From Escherichia phage vB_EcoM_SQ17, in the sequence record MW882907: a stretch of 64,000 nt of DNA; one strand, written 5' to 3'. Shown here piece after piece: positions 1 through 9,394 of this stretch (its first letter is position 1; every line of letters starts with the position of its first letter). Both the position numbers and the translations under genes were made by a program. The notes under the pieces were generated by a model. That model saw only the letters and a list, made by a program, of their open reading frames with translations. It searched no databases and was not told the DNA's origin.

Positions 1-402
<402 letters not shown>

Positions 403-403
<1 letters not shown>

Positions 404-633
404 TGGACGATTTAATTCAAGCTATTAAATCAAACGACCTCGTTGCTACTCGAAAGTTTTTTGAAAGTGCAATGGCAGAAAAAACGGTTCGTTTGATTGA
501 AGCACGCAAAGCAGAAATCGCTTCTCAATTTTTGATTGAAGGCGAAGAACCCGAAGAAGGAGAGAAAGCTTCGGAAGACGACGCTGATGAAGGCGATGAC
601 GACGAAGACGAAGATGATGAGGACGATGAATAA
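403..633 (+). CDS. 67: Prohead core protein gp67
   Basis: 76 aa with strongly acidic C-terminal tail ([18 protein letters not shown]); position between 20 and 68. Confidence 0.8.
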
Positions 634-1058
634 TGTATCTTATCCCTGAATCTTATGAATTGGTACTCGAAAATGTCGAAGCACTTATTCCTGAAGCACA
701 GGGCCGAATCGATGCATTGTCTTCTGCTCTCGATATTGACGATATAAATACTATTATCGAGAACATGCTTGAAACTGAAACGGATTTAGCTGTTGCAATG
801 GCTTCCATTATTAATGAAGAACAGTTAAATGAGTTTATCGTTAAACATGTTTCTTCTCGTGGTGAAGTCACTCGCACTAAAGACCGTAAAACTCGTGAAC
901 GTAACGCGTTCCAAACAACTGGTCTTTCTAAAGCAAAACGTAGACAAATCGCTCGTAAGGTCGTTAAAGCTAAAAAAGCTAACCCTTCAGGCCAAGTTAA
1001 AGGCTTGCGTAAGCGTAAAAAAGCTCTTAAACGTCGTAAAGCATTAGGATTAAGCTAA
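633..1058 (+). CDS. 68: Prohead core protein gp68
   Basis: 141 aa with basic K/R-rich C-terminus; start overlaps gp67 stop; T4 synteny. Confidence 0.8.
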   Translation: MYLIPESYELVLENVEALIPEAQGRIDALSSALDIDDINTIIENMLETETDLAVAMASIINEEQLNEFIVKHVSSRGEVTRTKDRKTRERNAFQTTGLSKAKRRQIARKVVKAKKANPSGQVKGLRKRKKALKRRKALGLS

Positions 1059-1699
1059 TGAATAAACCCGAGTTACTTATTGAAACTTGGGGTCAACCCG
1101 GTGAGATTATTGATGGCGTTCCAATGTTGGAATCTCATGATGGAAAAGATTCTGGCTTAAAACCAGGGCTTTATATAGAAGGTATTTTTCTTCAGGCAGA
1201 GGTTGTTAACCGAAATAAACGTTTATATCCTAAACGCGTTTTGGAAAAAGCAGTAAGTGACTATATTAAAGAACAAGTCGAAACCAAACAAGCCCTTGGA
1301 GAATTAAACCATCCGCCTCGTGCAAATGTTGACCCCATGCAAGCCGCTATCATTATTGAAGATATGTGGTGGAAAGGAAACGATGTATATGGACGTGCTA
1401 GAATTATTGAAGGCGACCATGGTCCCGGCGATAAATTAGCTGCTAATATACGAGCTGGTTGGATTCCAGGTGTTTCCTCTCGTGGTCTTGGTTCTTTAAC
1501 CGACACCAATAAAGGATACCGTATCGTGAACGAAGGATTTAAATTAACCGTCGGCGTAGATGCTGTATGGGGACCTTCTGCTCCAGATGCTTGGGTTACT
1601 CCTAAACAAATATCAGAATCAGAAAATTCGGTGGAAATCACCAAAAACAGTGCTGACGAAGCATTTAAAGCTCTCGCAGAGAGTTTAAAAGCATTATAA
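1058..1699 (+). CDS. 21: Prohead core scaffold protein and protease gp21
   Basis: 213 aa, T4 gp21-like length and sequence; follows gp68 with overlapping start. Confidence 0.9.
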   Translation: MNKPELLIETWGQPGEIIDGVPMLESHDGKDSGLKPGLYIEGIFLQAEVVNRNKRLYPKRVLEKAVSDYIKEQVETKQALGELNHPPRANVDPMQAAIIIEDMWWKGNDVYGRARIIEGDHGPGDKLAANIRAGWIPGVSSRGLGSLTDTNKGYRIVNEGFKLTVGVDAVWGPSAPDAWVTPKQISESENSVEITKNSADEAFKALAESLKAL

Positions 1700-1702
1700 A
1701 TA
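1695..1702 (+). promoter_or_regulatory. T4 late promoter motif TATAAATA upstream of gene 22
   Basis: Exact TATAAATA about 30 nt upstream of the gene 22 ATG. Confidence 0.6.
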
Positions 1703-1732
1703 ATAATGTAATCTAAACCACAGGACACTAAA

Positions 1733-2545
1733 ATGATCAAAGAACAACTTTTGAAAGAAGCTCAGAACATCGAGACTTCAGTTGCTCTTAATAGTGTTTT
1801 CGAATCAGTAGAACTGTCTCCGGACGTTAAAGCTAATTTCAGCACTGTATTCGAAGCCACCGTTAAGCAGGAAGCAGTCAAACTGGCTGAATCTCATATC
1901 AAAGCCATCGCCGAAAAGGCCGAAGAAGAAGTTGAAAAGGCTAAAGAAGATGCTGAAGAGAAAGCTGATAAAAAATTGGCCGAACAAGCTTCTAAATTCC
2001 TAGACCATCTTGCAAAAGAATGGCTCGCAGAAAACCAAATCGCAGTTGATAAAGGCATTAAAGCTGATTTGTTCGAATCCATGCTTGGTGGTCTTAAAGA
2101 ACTGTTTGTTGAACATAACGTTGTTGTTCCAGAAGAATCTGTAGATGTTGTAGCAGAAATGGAAGAAGAGCTGGCCGAACATAAAGAAGAAACCGCTCGT
2201 TTGTTCGAAGAAGTTACCAAACGTGATGCATATATCAATTACGTTCAGCGTGAAACCGCTATTATTGAAAGCGTAAAAGACCTGACTGAATCTCAGAAAG
2301 AAAAAGTTATTGGCCTGGTTGAAGGTATGGATTATTCTGACGCATTTGGTACTAAGTTAACTGCTATTGTAGAAATGGTTAAAGGTTCTACTAAAGAAGA
2401 AACCGCTATTACCGAAAGTATAAATACAGTTGACAATGACGCTGCCGGTCTTAATTTTGTTGCCGAAGCAGTTGACACTACCACAACTCAGGTAGAACAG
2501 AATTCTAATGTAAGTTTATATGCGAAAGTCGCATCTCGTTTCTAA
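1733..2545 (+). CDS. 22: Prohead core scaffold protein gp22
   Basis: 270 aa acidic, helix-rich protein (T4 gp22 is about 269 aa); synteny. Confidence 0.9.
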   Translation: MIKEQLLKEAQNIETSVALNSVFESVELSPDVKANFSTVFEATVKQEAVKLAESHIKAIAEKAEEEVEKAKEDAEEKADKKLAEQASKFLDHLAKEWLAENQIAVDKGIKADLFESMLGGLKELFVEHNVVVPEESVDVVAEMEEELAEHKEETARLFEEVTKRDAYINYVQRETAIIESVKDLTESQKEKVIGLVEGMDYSDAFGTKLTAIVEMVKGSTKEETAITESINTVDNDAAGLNFVAEAVDTTTTQVEQNSNVSLYAKVASRF

Positions 2546-2562
2546 TTTAAAGGTTAACACAA

Positions 2563-4131
2563 ATGACTACTATCAAAACTAAAGCTCAGCTCGTAGACAA
2601 ATGGAAAGAACTGCTGGAAGGTGAAGGCCTGCCGGAAATCGCTAATAGCAAGCAGGCTATTATCGCTAAAATCTTCGAAAACCAGGAAAAAGATTTCGAA
2701 GTATCCCCTGAATATAAAGACGAGAAAATCGCTCAGGCATTTGGTTCTTTCTTGACCGAAGCTGAAATTGGTGGTGACCACGGTTATAATGCTCAGAACA
2801 TCGCAGCAGGTCAAACCTCTGGTGCAGTAACCCAGATTGGGCCGGCAGTTATGGGTATGGTTCGTCGTGCTATTCCTAATCTGATCGCTTTCGATATTTG
2901 TGGTGTTCAGCCTATGAACAGCCCTACCGGTCAGGTATTTGCTCTCCGTGCAGTATATGGTAAAGACCCTATCGCTGCTGACGCTAAAGAAGCTTTCCAT
3001 CCGATGTATGCTCCAGACGCGATGTTCTCTGGTCAGGGTGCTGCTAAGAAATTCCCAGCTCTGGCTGCTAGCACACAAACCGTTGTAGGTGATATCTATA
3101 CTCACTTCTTCCAGGACACTGGTACTGTGTATCTACAAGCTTCCGCTGTAGTAACAATTGATGCTGGCGCTACCGATGCAACTAAATTAGATGCTGAAAT
3201 TAAGAAACAAATGGAAGCTGGTGCACTGGTAGAAATCGCTGAAGGTATGGCTACTTCTATCGCTGAACTTCAGGAAGGCTTCAATGGTTCTACCGACAAC
3301 CCGTGGAACGAAATGGGCTTCCGTATCGACAAACAAGTTATTGAAGCTAAATCTCGTCAGCTGAAAGCAGCTTACTCCATCGAATTGGCACAAGACCTCC
3401 GTGCAGTACACGGTATGGATGCTGATGCTGAACTGAGCGGTATTCTTGCTACTGAAATTATGCTGGAAATCAACCGTGAAGTTGTTGACTGGATTAACTA
3501 CTCCGCTCAGGTTGGTAAATCTGGTATGACTAATATCGTTGGTTCTAAAGCTGGTGTATTTGACTTCCAGGACCCGATTGATATCCGTGGTGCTCGTTGG
3601 GCCGGTGAAAGCTTTAAAGCTCTGTTGTTCCAGATTGATAAAGAAGCAGTTGAAATTGCTCGTCAAACCGGCCGTGGTGAAGGTAACTTCATTATCGCTT
3701 CCCGTAACGTAGTTAACGTACTGGCTTCAGTTGATACTGGTATTTCTTACGCTGCACAGGGTCTGGCTTCTGGTTTTAATACCGACACTACTAAATCTGT
3801 ATTTGCCGGTGTACTTGGTGGTAAATACCGCGTATACATCGACCAGTATGCTAAACAGGATTACTTCACCGTTGGTTACAAAGGTGCTAACGAAATGGAT
3901 GCAGGTATTTACTATGCTCCTTACGTTGCACTTACCCCACTGCGTGGTTCCGATCCTAAGAACTTCCAGCCGGTAATGGGCTTTAAAACTCGTTACGGTA
4001 TCGGTGTTAACCCGTTTGCTGAAAGTTCCCTGCAGGCTCCAGGTGCTCGCATCCAGTCCGGTATGCCGTCTATCCTGAACAGCCTTGGTAAGAACGCTTA
4101 CTTTAGACGCGTCTACGTTAAAGGAATTTAA
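2563..4131 (+). CDS. 23: Major capsid protein gp23
   Basis: 522 aa; N-terminal MTTIKTKAQLVDKWKELLEGEGLPEIANSKQAIIAKIFENQEKDF matches my recollection of T4 gp23. Confidence 0.97.
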   Translation: MTTIKTKAQLVDKWKELLEGEGLPEIANSKQAIIAKIFENQEKDFEVSPEYKDEKIAQAFGSFLTEAEIGGDHGYNAQNIAAGQTSGAVTQIGPAVMGMVRRAIPNLIAFDICGVQPMNSPTGQVFALRAVYGKDPIAADAKEAFHPMYAPDAMFSGQGAAKKFPALAASTQTVVGDIYTHFFQDTGTVYLQASAVVTIDAGATDATKLDAEIKKQMEAGALVEIAEGMATSIAELQEGFNGSTDNPWNEMGFRIDKQVIEAKSRQLKAAYSIELAQDLRAVHGMDADAELSGILATEIMLEINREVVDWINYSAQVGKSGMTNIVGSKAGVFDFQDPIDIRGARWAGESFKALLFQIDKEAVEIARQTGRGEGNFIIASRNVVNVLASVDTGISYAAQGLASGFNTDTTKSVFAGVLGGKYRVYIDQYAKQDYFTVGYKGANEMDAGIYYAPYVALTPLRGSDPKNFQPVMGFKTRYGIGVNPFAESSLQAPGARIQSGMPSILNSLGKNAYFRRVYVKGI

Positions 4132-4160
4132 TGCTTTAACGTTAAAATACATAACCTTAT

Positions 4161-4178
4161 GGGAGACTTCGGTCTCCC
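4161..4178. terminator. GC hairpin with UUCG loop downstream of gene 23 (gggagac-ttcg-gtctccc)
   Basis: Perfect 7-bp stem with tetraloop, followed by a T-rich run; sits between convergent genes. Confidence 0.7.
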
Positions 4179-4193
4179 ATTCTTGTTTCTATA

Positions 4194-4460
4194 CTATGCA
4201 ATCTTAACTCGGCGGTTGATGATATCACGGAAGTCAATACGATTTTCTTGGATTTTCAGCCAGTTACCAGATTTGTCTTTGGTATGGGTAGAATATTCAC
4301 CGTTCCACCAGAAGTCAGTTTCATAAGCCAGGGCTTCGTATTTCTTAACCAATGCATTAACTGCATTACCGTTAGGATTGGTACCAAATTTTTCTACCAG
4401 AGCTTTGATGTCTTTGTCAAGGTTAGAAAGTGTGGTACGGATAAAGTTTAATTTGTTCAT
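4194..4460 (-). CDS. Hypothetical 88-aa protein, antisense between genes 23 and 24
   Basis: ORF-track ORF trimmed to an internal ATG that has a GAGGAGA ribosome-binding site; early-promoter motif upstream. Confidence 0.5.
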   Translation of the reverse strand: MNKLNFIRTTLSNLDKDIKALVEKFGTNPNGNAVNALVKKYEALAYETDFWWNGEYSTHTKDKSGNWLKIQENRIDFRDIINRRVKIA

Positions 4461-4489
4461 TTTTAATCTCCTCATGTTTTGATAGGTCT

Positions 4490-4519
4490 ATAGTAACACA
4501 ACACTTTTTGTGTGTAAAC
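4490..4519 (-). promoter_or_regulatory. T4 early-type promoter (GTTTAC, about 18 nt, TACTAT) for the 88-aa ORF
   Basis: Minus strand reads GTTTACACACAAAAAGTGTTGTGTTACTATAG. Confidence 0.4.
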
Positions 4520-4525
4520 CACTTT

Positions 4526-4533
4526 TATAAATA
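4526..4533 (+). promoter_or_regulatory. T4 late promoter motif TATAAATA upstream of gene 24
   Basis: Exact TATAAATA about 30 nt upstream of the ATG; AAGGAAA ribosome-binding site follows. Confidence 0.6.
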
Positions 4534-4563
4534 AAATTATATTCTCAATAAGGAAAAAATGCA

Positions 4564-5847
4564 ATGAGTAAAATCCAAAAATTATTGCGTGAATCTACAA
4601 CGTCTATTAGCAACTCAATTGGTCGCCCAAATCTCGTTGCTTTGACTCGCGCTACGACTAAATTAATATATTCTGACATTGTAGCAACACAAAGAACTAA
4701 TCAACCTGTTGCTGCTTTTTATGGTATCAAATATCTTAACCCAGGCAATGAATTTACATTTAAAACTGGTGCTACTTATGCTGGCGAAGTTGGATATGTA
4801 GACCGAGAAAAAATTACTGAACTCACAGAAGAATCAAAAGTCACACTAAATAAAGGCGATTTTTTCAAATATAATAATATCGTCTATAAAGTGTTAGAAG
4901 ATACACCGTTTGCAGATATTCAAGAAAGTGATCTAGAATTAGCTCTTCAGATTGCGGTCGTTCATTTAAAGGTACGGTTATTTTCAGATGCAGCGGTAAC
5001 AAGCAAATTTGAAAGCTCTGATAGCGAAATTTCTGATGCAAGATTCCAGATTAATAAATGGCAAACTTCAGTCAAATCTCGTAAACTTAAAACCGGCCTC
5101 ACGGTTGAATTAGCGCAAGATTTGGAAGCGAATGGATTTGATGCCCCTAACTTCTTAGAAGATTTGCTTGCTACTGAAATGGCTGATGAAATTAATAAAG
5201 ATATTCTTCAGTCTTTAATTACTGTATCGAAACGTTATAAAGTTACTGGAATTACTGACACCGGATTTATTGACTTGAGCTATGCATCTGCTCCAGAAGC
5301 AGGTCGTTCATTATATCGAATGGTGTGTGAAATGGTATCACACATTCAAAAAGAGACAACTTATACTGCAACGTTTTGTGTAGCCTCAGCTCGTGCAGCT
5401 GCTATTCTTGCTGCTTCCGGTTGGTTAAAACATAAGCCAGAAGATGACAAGTATCTTTCACAAAATGCTTATGGATTCTTGGCAAATGGATTACCTCTTT
5501 ACTGCGATACCAACAGTCCGTTAGATTATGTTATTGTGGGTGTTGTAGAAAATATCGGCGAAAAAGAAATTGTAGGGTCCATCTTTTACGCTCCATACAC
5601 TGAAGGAGTAGATTTAGATGACCCGGAACATGTTGGTGCATTTAAAGTTGTAGTTGATCCAGAAAGCTTGCAACCGTCTATCGGATTATTGGTTAGATAT
5701 GCTTTATCAGCAAATCCTTACACAGTAGCAAAAGATGAAAAAGAAGCGAGAATAATTGATGGCGGGGACATGGATAAAATGGCAGGACGTTCAGACTTGT
5801 CTGTTTTACTCGGTGTTAAATTGCCAAAAATCATCGTTGATGAATAA
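4564..5847 (+). CDS. 24: Capsid vertex protein gp24
   Basis: 427 aa; close match to my recollection of T4 gp24 (paralogue of gp23). Confidence 0.95.
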   Translation: MSKIQKLLRESTTSISNSIGRPNLVALTRATTKLIYSDIVATQRTNQPVAAFYGIKYLNPGNEFTFKTGATYAGEVGYVDREKITELTEESKVTLNKGDFFKYNNIVYKVLEDTPFADIQESDLELALQIAVVHLKVRLFSDAAVTSKFESSDSEISDARFQINKWQTSVKSRKLKTGLTVELAQDLEANGFDAPNFLEDLLATEMADEINKDILQSLITVSKRYKVTGITDTGFIDLSYASAPEAGRSLYRMVCEMVSHIQKETTYTATFCVASARAAAILAASGWLKHKPEDDKYLSQNAYGFLANGLPLYCDTNSPLDYVIVGVVENIGEKEIVGSIFYAPYTEGVDLDDPEHVGAFKVVVDPESLQPSIGLLVRYALSANPYTVAKDEKEARIIDGGDMDKMAGRSDLSVLLGVKLPKIIVDE

Positions 5848-5851
5848 AAAA

Positions 5852-5875
5852 AGGGACCTTACGGTCCCTTTTTTC
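5852..5875. terminator. Bidirectional hairpin terminator between gene 24 and rnlB
   Basis: agggacc-ttac-ggtccct followed by TTTTTT. Confidence 0.7.
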
Positions 5876-5876
5876 G

Positions 5877-6875
5877 TTATGATACTAATTCAATCCATGC
5901 AGGACGCAGAACATCTTGCACCATTCGGACTAATTCTTTCTTAACAAGATTCGGATTATCAGATGATGTTAATACAATACCTTCGCGAGAAGTTTCTTCC
6001 AGAATATCTTGAACAGTTAATCCCATCACTTTGCCAAAATCTTTTGGTGTTACAGTCCCAATCTTAGAAATCACATTATTAACACGATTTAATGTAACAT
6101 AACAAGCTAGAACATCAAGCAAGTTTTTGTCAATTTCGGTTAATGGAACCTGAGTTTTAATAGGCTTATCAGACTTTTTCTTTTCACTGAATTTAGAGTT
6201 CTTGCACTTAATAGCTACACGAGTACCGTTTGGCAGCCATTTAGGGAAACAAGGCTTCAGAACATAACCTTCTGCTGTATTATCGCCAATAACATTAGCA
6301 TCAAATACACAATTATTTGCTTCTACAAGGTCTTCTGACGCAGTAGCATTATAAGCGGCTAAGACCGAATCAAGGTCATTTGGAATCATGATAAGAGAAT
6401 CAAATGTTCCACGACCAAGCATTGGCGCCATTTTAAAACCGAATTCATTACAGAAATCTTGCATTTCGTAATCGGTCAAATACGTATTATCACCACTTTC
6501 TGTATTGATAAGGATATCGAACACATAAAAATCTTTTTCACCGTAGTCAACACCTTTCTGGATTCCACCACCAGCGAATTCACCAAATACTTGATATGAT
6601 ACTGCTCTAGCTTCGTGCATTAATTCCTGAACGGCTTTAATAGCTTTATCATACTTCTTGAGTACGATTTCATAGCCGTAAAAATCTTCTGCTGGAAGAA
6701 TAGGGCCTGTGCGCTTGGCGCATGTGACGTTGTCACGTTCAATTATTAACGAGAAGTTGGTCCCGTGGATTTTCTCACGTGCTACCCAAACACCAGTAGT
6801 CAAACCATTAGTGTAGAGGTTTTCAATAAACTTAGAGTTGTAGTGGTTTTCAAGACTGCTGTATTTCTTAAACAT
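5877..6875 (-). CDS. rnlB: RNA ligase 2 (Rnl2)
   Basis: 332 aa; nucleotidyltransferase motif I KIHGTN with Lys35; position after gene 24 as in T4. Confidence 0.9.
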   Translation of the reverse strand: MFKKYSSLENHYNSKFIENLYTNGLTTGVWVAREKIHGTNFSLIIERDNVTCAKRTGPILPAEDFYGYEIVLKKYDKAIKAVQELMHEARAVSYQVFGEFAGGGIQKGVDYGEKDFYVFDILINTESGDNTYLTDYEMQDFCNEFGFKMAPMLGRGTFDSLIMIPNDLDSVLAAYNATASEDLVEANNCVFDANVIGDNTAEGYVLKPCFPKWLPNGTRVAIKCKNSKFSEKKKSDKPIKTQVPLTEIDKNLLDVLACYVTLNRVNNVISKIGTVTPKDFGKVMGLTVQDILEETSREGIVLTSSDNPNLVKKELVRMVQDVLRPAWIELVS

Positions 6876-6912
6876 AAATCACCATTATAAATAATAATAT
6901 CAAAATAATTAG

Positions 6913-6929
6913 CAGAGACTCTGTCTCTG
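6913..6929 (-). terminator. Perfect hairpin cagagac-tct-gtctctg downstream of ORF 24.2
   Basis: 7-bp palindrome followed by a T-rich tract on the minus strand. Confidence 0.45.
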
Positions 6930-6994
6930 ACCGGATGTTTAATTTGAATGGATAGAACCTAGATTCATTATACCATCAAAAAATGTAAAGCATA

Positions 6995-7246
6995 CTAGAA
7001 CTTGATTTCTATCCAGTGCCCATCACGCTGGTCGTGATTAATTTTGTACTGAAAGCCGTTATCACGGAACCACTGGCCGATTTGCTCGGTGATAGTTAAA
7101 TCATTCTTTGACGGATAGTATGTAAATTGTGTCTGGCCTTTGTCAGCGGCTTTCTCTGCCATCACAGAGAAGTTAGTAATAAAATCTTTCAACAAATTGG
7201 CTTTAGTGGCCAGGGCCCTTTCTCTTAATTCCTGTGCAAAACTCAT
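6995..7246 (-). CDS. Hypothetical protein (T4 24.2-like position)
   Basis: 83-aa ORF; start overlaps the upstream ORF stop. Confidence 0.5.
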   Translation of the reverse strand: MSFAQELRERALATKANLLKDFITNFSVMAEKAADKGQTQFTYYPSKNDLTITEQIGQWFRDNGFQYKINHDQRDGHWIEIKF

Positions 7247-7443
7247 TTCTTCACCTTTTTGTTAATCAAACGTTTACGGTATACAACTTTTTCTTTTGCT
7301 TTAAACTTTGACCGAGCTGTCTCGGCTTTAGTCCATAGTAATCCAACTTCTTTAGGTTGTAAACCGATTTTTTGAGCAATTTCTACGAATGAAAATCCCG
7401 CCTCATGTAATGTATAAACTTCAACTTCAGCTCTCATAATCAA
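7243..7443 (-). CDS. Hypothetical small basic protein, possible HTH (T4 24.3-like position)
   Basis: 66-aa ORF with K/R-rich C-terminus. Confidence 0.45.
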   Translation of the reverse strand: MIMRAEVEVYTLHEAGFSFVEIAQKIGLQPKEVGLLWTKAETARSKFKAKEKVVYRKRLINKKVKK

Positions 7444-7514
7444 TCCCGTATTATTTGGTTTGTGCCATTATACATCAATCTCAAGATGTGTTTGTATGCT
7501 TTAAAAACGAAGAA

Positions 7515-7530
7515 AGGGGCCGAAGCCCCT
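7515..7530 (-). terminator. Hairpin aggggc-cgaa-gcccct downstream of hoc
   Basis: GC stem with CGAA/UUCG loop. Confidence 0.5.
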
Positions 7531-7535
7531 TACGA

Positions 7536-8666
7536 TTATGGATAGGTATAGATGATACCAGTTTCCAAAGCAGTTTTATGGATGATGTATCCATTACGTG
7601 ATTCTTGAACATCAACTTCCGGATAATCTTGCATCATCTTCTGAAGAGTGTAACGATGCAGGTAATATTTACTATCCGGGTCGTCAGTTTTCCAATCTTT
7701 ACCTTCTTCGGCCATTTTTTGGATTTCATCCATAACCCACCAACCGCACCAGATATAAGCTGAAGTACGATGTGGAAGAGGATGAACATAAGGTAGTTCA
7801 CCTTCTGGTTCTGGAGCAACTTTATCAGTCACTTGAACTTGACCTTCTGCTGTAATAGTTTTGCTATCGTAATCAGTTGCAGTAATAGTTGCAGTCACTT
7901 CAATAGTTTGACTTCCAATAGATGATGTATCAACGGTGTATACGTTAGTTGACCCTTCTACAGGAGAAGAATCTTTCTTCCATGAATATTCGATTTGCGC
8001 TTCTTCAGGAGCATCAGTTACATTAGCAGTAAATGTAGCCGAAGCATCTTGCTGAACGTTAATAGAAGGAGGAGTCAATGTAACCTGTGGATTCATTGTC
8101 TTCTTATTAACCGTTAATGATACTTCATTCGAAGTAACTTCCTTTGCATCATAATCTGTTGCGGTTACTTGGGCTACACATTTAATTCTTTTTACACCAC
8201 TTGTAGTTGGAGTATAGCTAAATGTAGAGTTAGTTTCTCCACCAACCTGTGAATCATCTACATACCACTGATACGTAGCAGACGCTCCAGCTGGTTGAGA
8301 AGCTAAGGCAGCAGTAAATTGAACTGGGGTTCCAATTACTCCAGCTGAAGGACTATTAGGAGTTACTGCCAACGTAGTTGTCTGAGTTTTATTTTTAACC
8401 GTGATAGTCGTAGTAATTTCTGCTGTTTCAGCGTCAGTATCAGGAATAGTATTTGTTGCAACGACTTTAATTGTTTTTGTTCCAGCAGGTCCTTTTAACA
8501 CATAATCAAAAGTTTCTGCCGATCCTACTTGAGGAGCACCGTCTACACTCCATGCATAGGTAATAGTTCCACCTCCAGTTTCACCACTGGGAGTAGCAGT
8601 AAACTGCTTAGTCTCATCTATAACTCCAGTAGGTGTTTTAGGAGTTATATCAACTGTAAAAGCCAT
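7536..8666 (-). CDS. hoc: Hoc outer capsid decoration protein (Ig-like repeats)
   Basis: 376 aa, Thr/Ser-rich with repeated Ig-like segments (TATITATDYD repeated); same length and position as T4 Hoc. Confidence 0.85.
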   Translation of the reverse strand: MAFTVDITPKTPTGVIDETKQFTATPSGETGGGTITYAWSVDGAPQVGSAETFDYVLKGPAGTKTIKVVATNTIPDTDAETAEITTTITVKNKTQTTTLAVTPNSPSAGVIGTPVQFTAALASQPAGASATYQWYVDDSQVGGETNSTFSYTPTTSGVKRIKCVAQVTATDYDAKEVTSNEVSLTVNKKTMNPQVTLTPPSINVQQDASATFTANVTDAPEEAQIEYSWKKDSSPVEGSTNVYTVDTSSIGSQTIEVTATITATDYDSKTITAEGQVQVTDKVAPEPEGELPYVHPLPHRTSAYIWCGWWVMDEIQKMAEEGKDWKTDDPDSKYYLHRYTLQKMMQDYPEVDVQESRNGYIIHKTALETGIIYTYP

Positions 8667-8675
8667 AAGTTATCC

Positions 8676-9344
8676 TTATTTTAATGTTACGAAAGAAGAA
8701 TTACGAGATTCACGAATTAGAACTGATCCATCGCGATTAATATAATAAATTAAGCTAAATAATGTTTGGTGAGCAGAAGCATGCACAAAACTAGTTGGGC
8801 GAGATTTCCAATCAGGCGTTTCGGCTATCCATTGATAAATCCACCAAGGAACAGTAACATATCCTGGGGCTTTGCCTAATTTAATGAGTGTAGGACTAAA
8901 ATTTTCAGGCAGAACAAAGTTTACTTCTTTATTTACATCTGCCTCAGGCTCTTTTTCGGATTCAACAATCTGAGTAATTGCTTCTTCGAATTTATCATGG
9001 TCGAATTCTTTTTCTTGTTCGACAACTTCTAATACTTCAACTTGTTCTGTTGGAGAATCAAACAACAGAATAGCTTCTTCTTTAACTTCTTCGTTGGTGA
9101 AATTAACACCGTCTACATCATCTGCGGCAGTAATTAAATCGGTGATAGATAATCCATCAGTTTCAGGTAATGGTTCATCAGCCAGTGCGTTAAGAGCTTC
9201 TTCGATATCAATAACAATATTATCGAATGATTTTGTTTTCTTAACACTAATGCCAAATTGTTCCGCATATTCAAACAGTTTAGCTTTGGCTTCCTTTTTA
9301 TCAGAAAGAGCACGTAACTCTTCAATATAGTCTTTATCGATCAT
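8676..9344 (-). CDS. inh: Inh, putative inhibitor of prohead protease
   Basis: 222-aa acidic protein between hoc and uvsW as in T4. Confidence 0.6.
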   Translation of the reverse strand: MIDKDYIEELRALSDKKEAKAKLFEYAEQFGISVKKTKSFDNIVIDIEEALNALADEPLPETDGLSITDLITAADDVDGVNFTNEEVKEEAILLFDSPTEQVEVLEVVEQEKEFDHDKFEEAITQIVESEKEPEADVNKEVNFVLPENFSPTLIKLGKAPGYVTVPWWIYQWIAETPDWKSRPTSFVHASAHQTLFSLIYYINRDGSVLIRESRNSSFVTLK

Positions 9345-9357
9345 GGTATTTCCTCAT

Positions 9358-9365
9358 TATAAATA
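9358..9365 (+). promoter_or_regulatory. T4 late promoter motif TATAAATA upstream of uvsW
   Basis: Exact TATAAATA 30 nt upstream of the uvsW ATG. Confidence 0.6.
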
Positions 9366-9394
9366 TAACTATATTTATTACATGGTAATTTGAC

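Noticed and set aside
6886-6893. Plus-strand TATAAATA between rnlB and ORF 24.2 that would drive transcription antisense to minus-strand genes.
   Set aside because: No plus-strand gene lies downstream; most likely a chance match in an AT-rich spacer, although antisense late transcription cannot be excluded.
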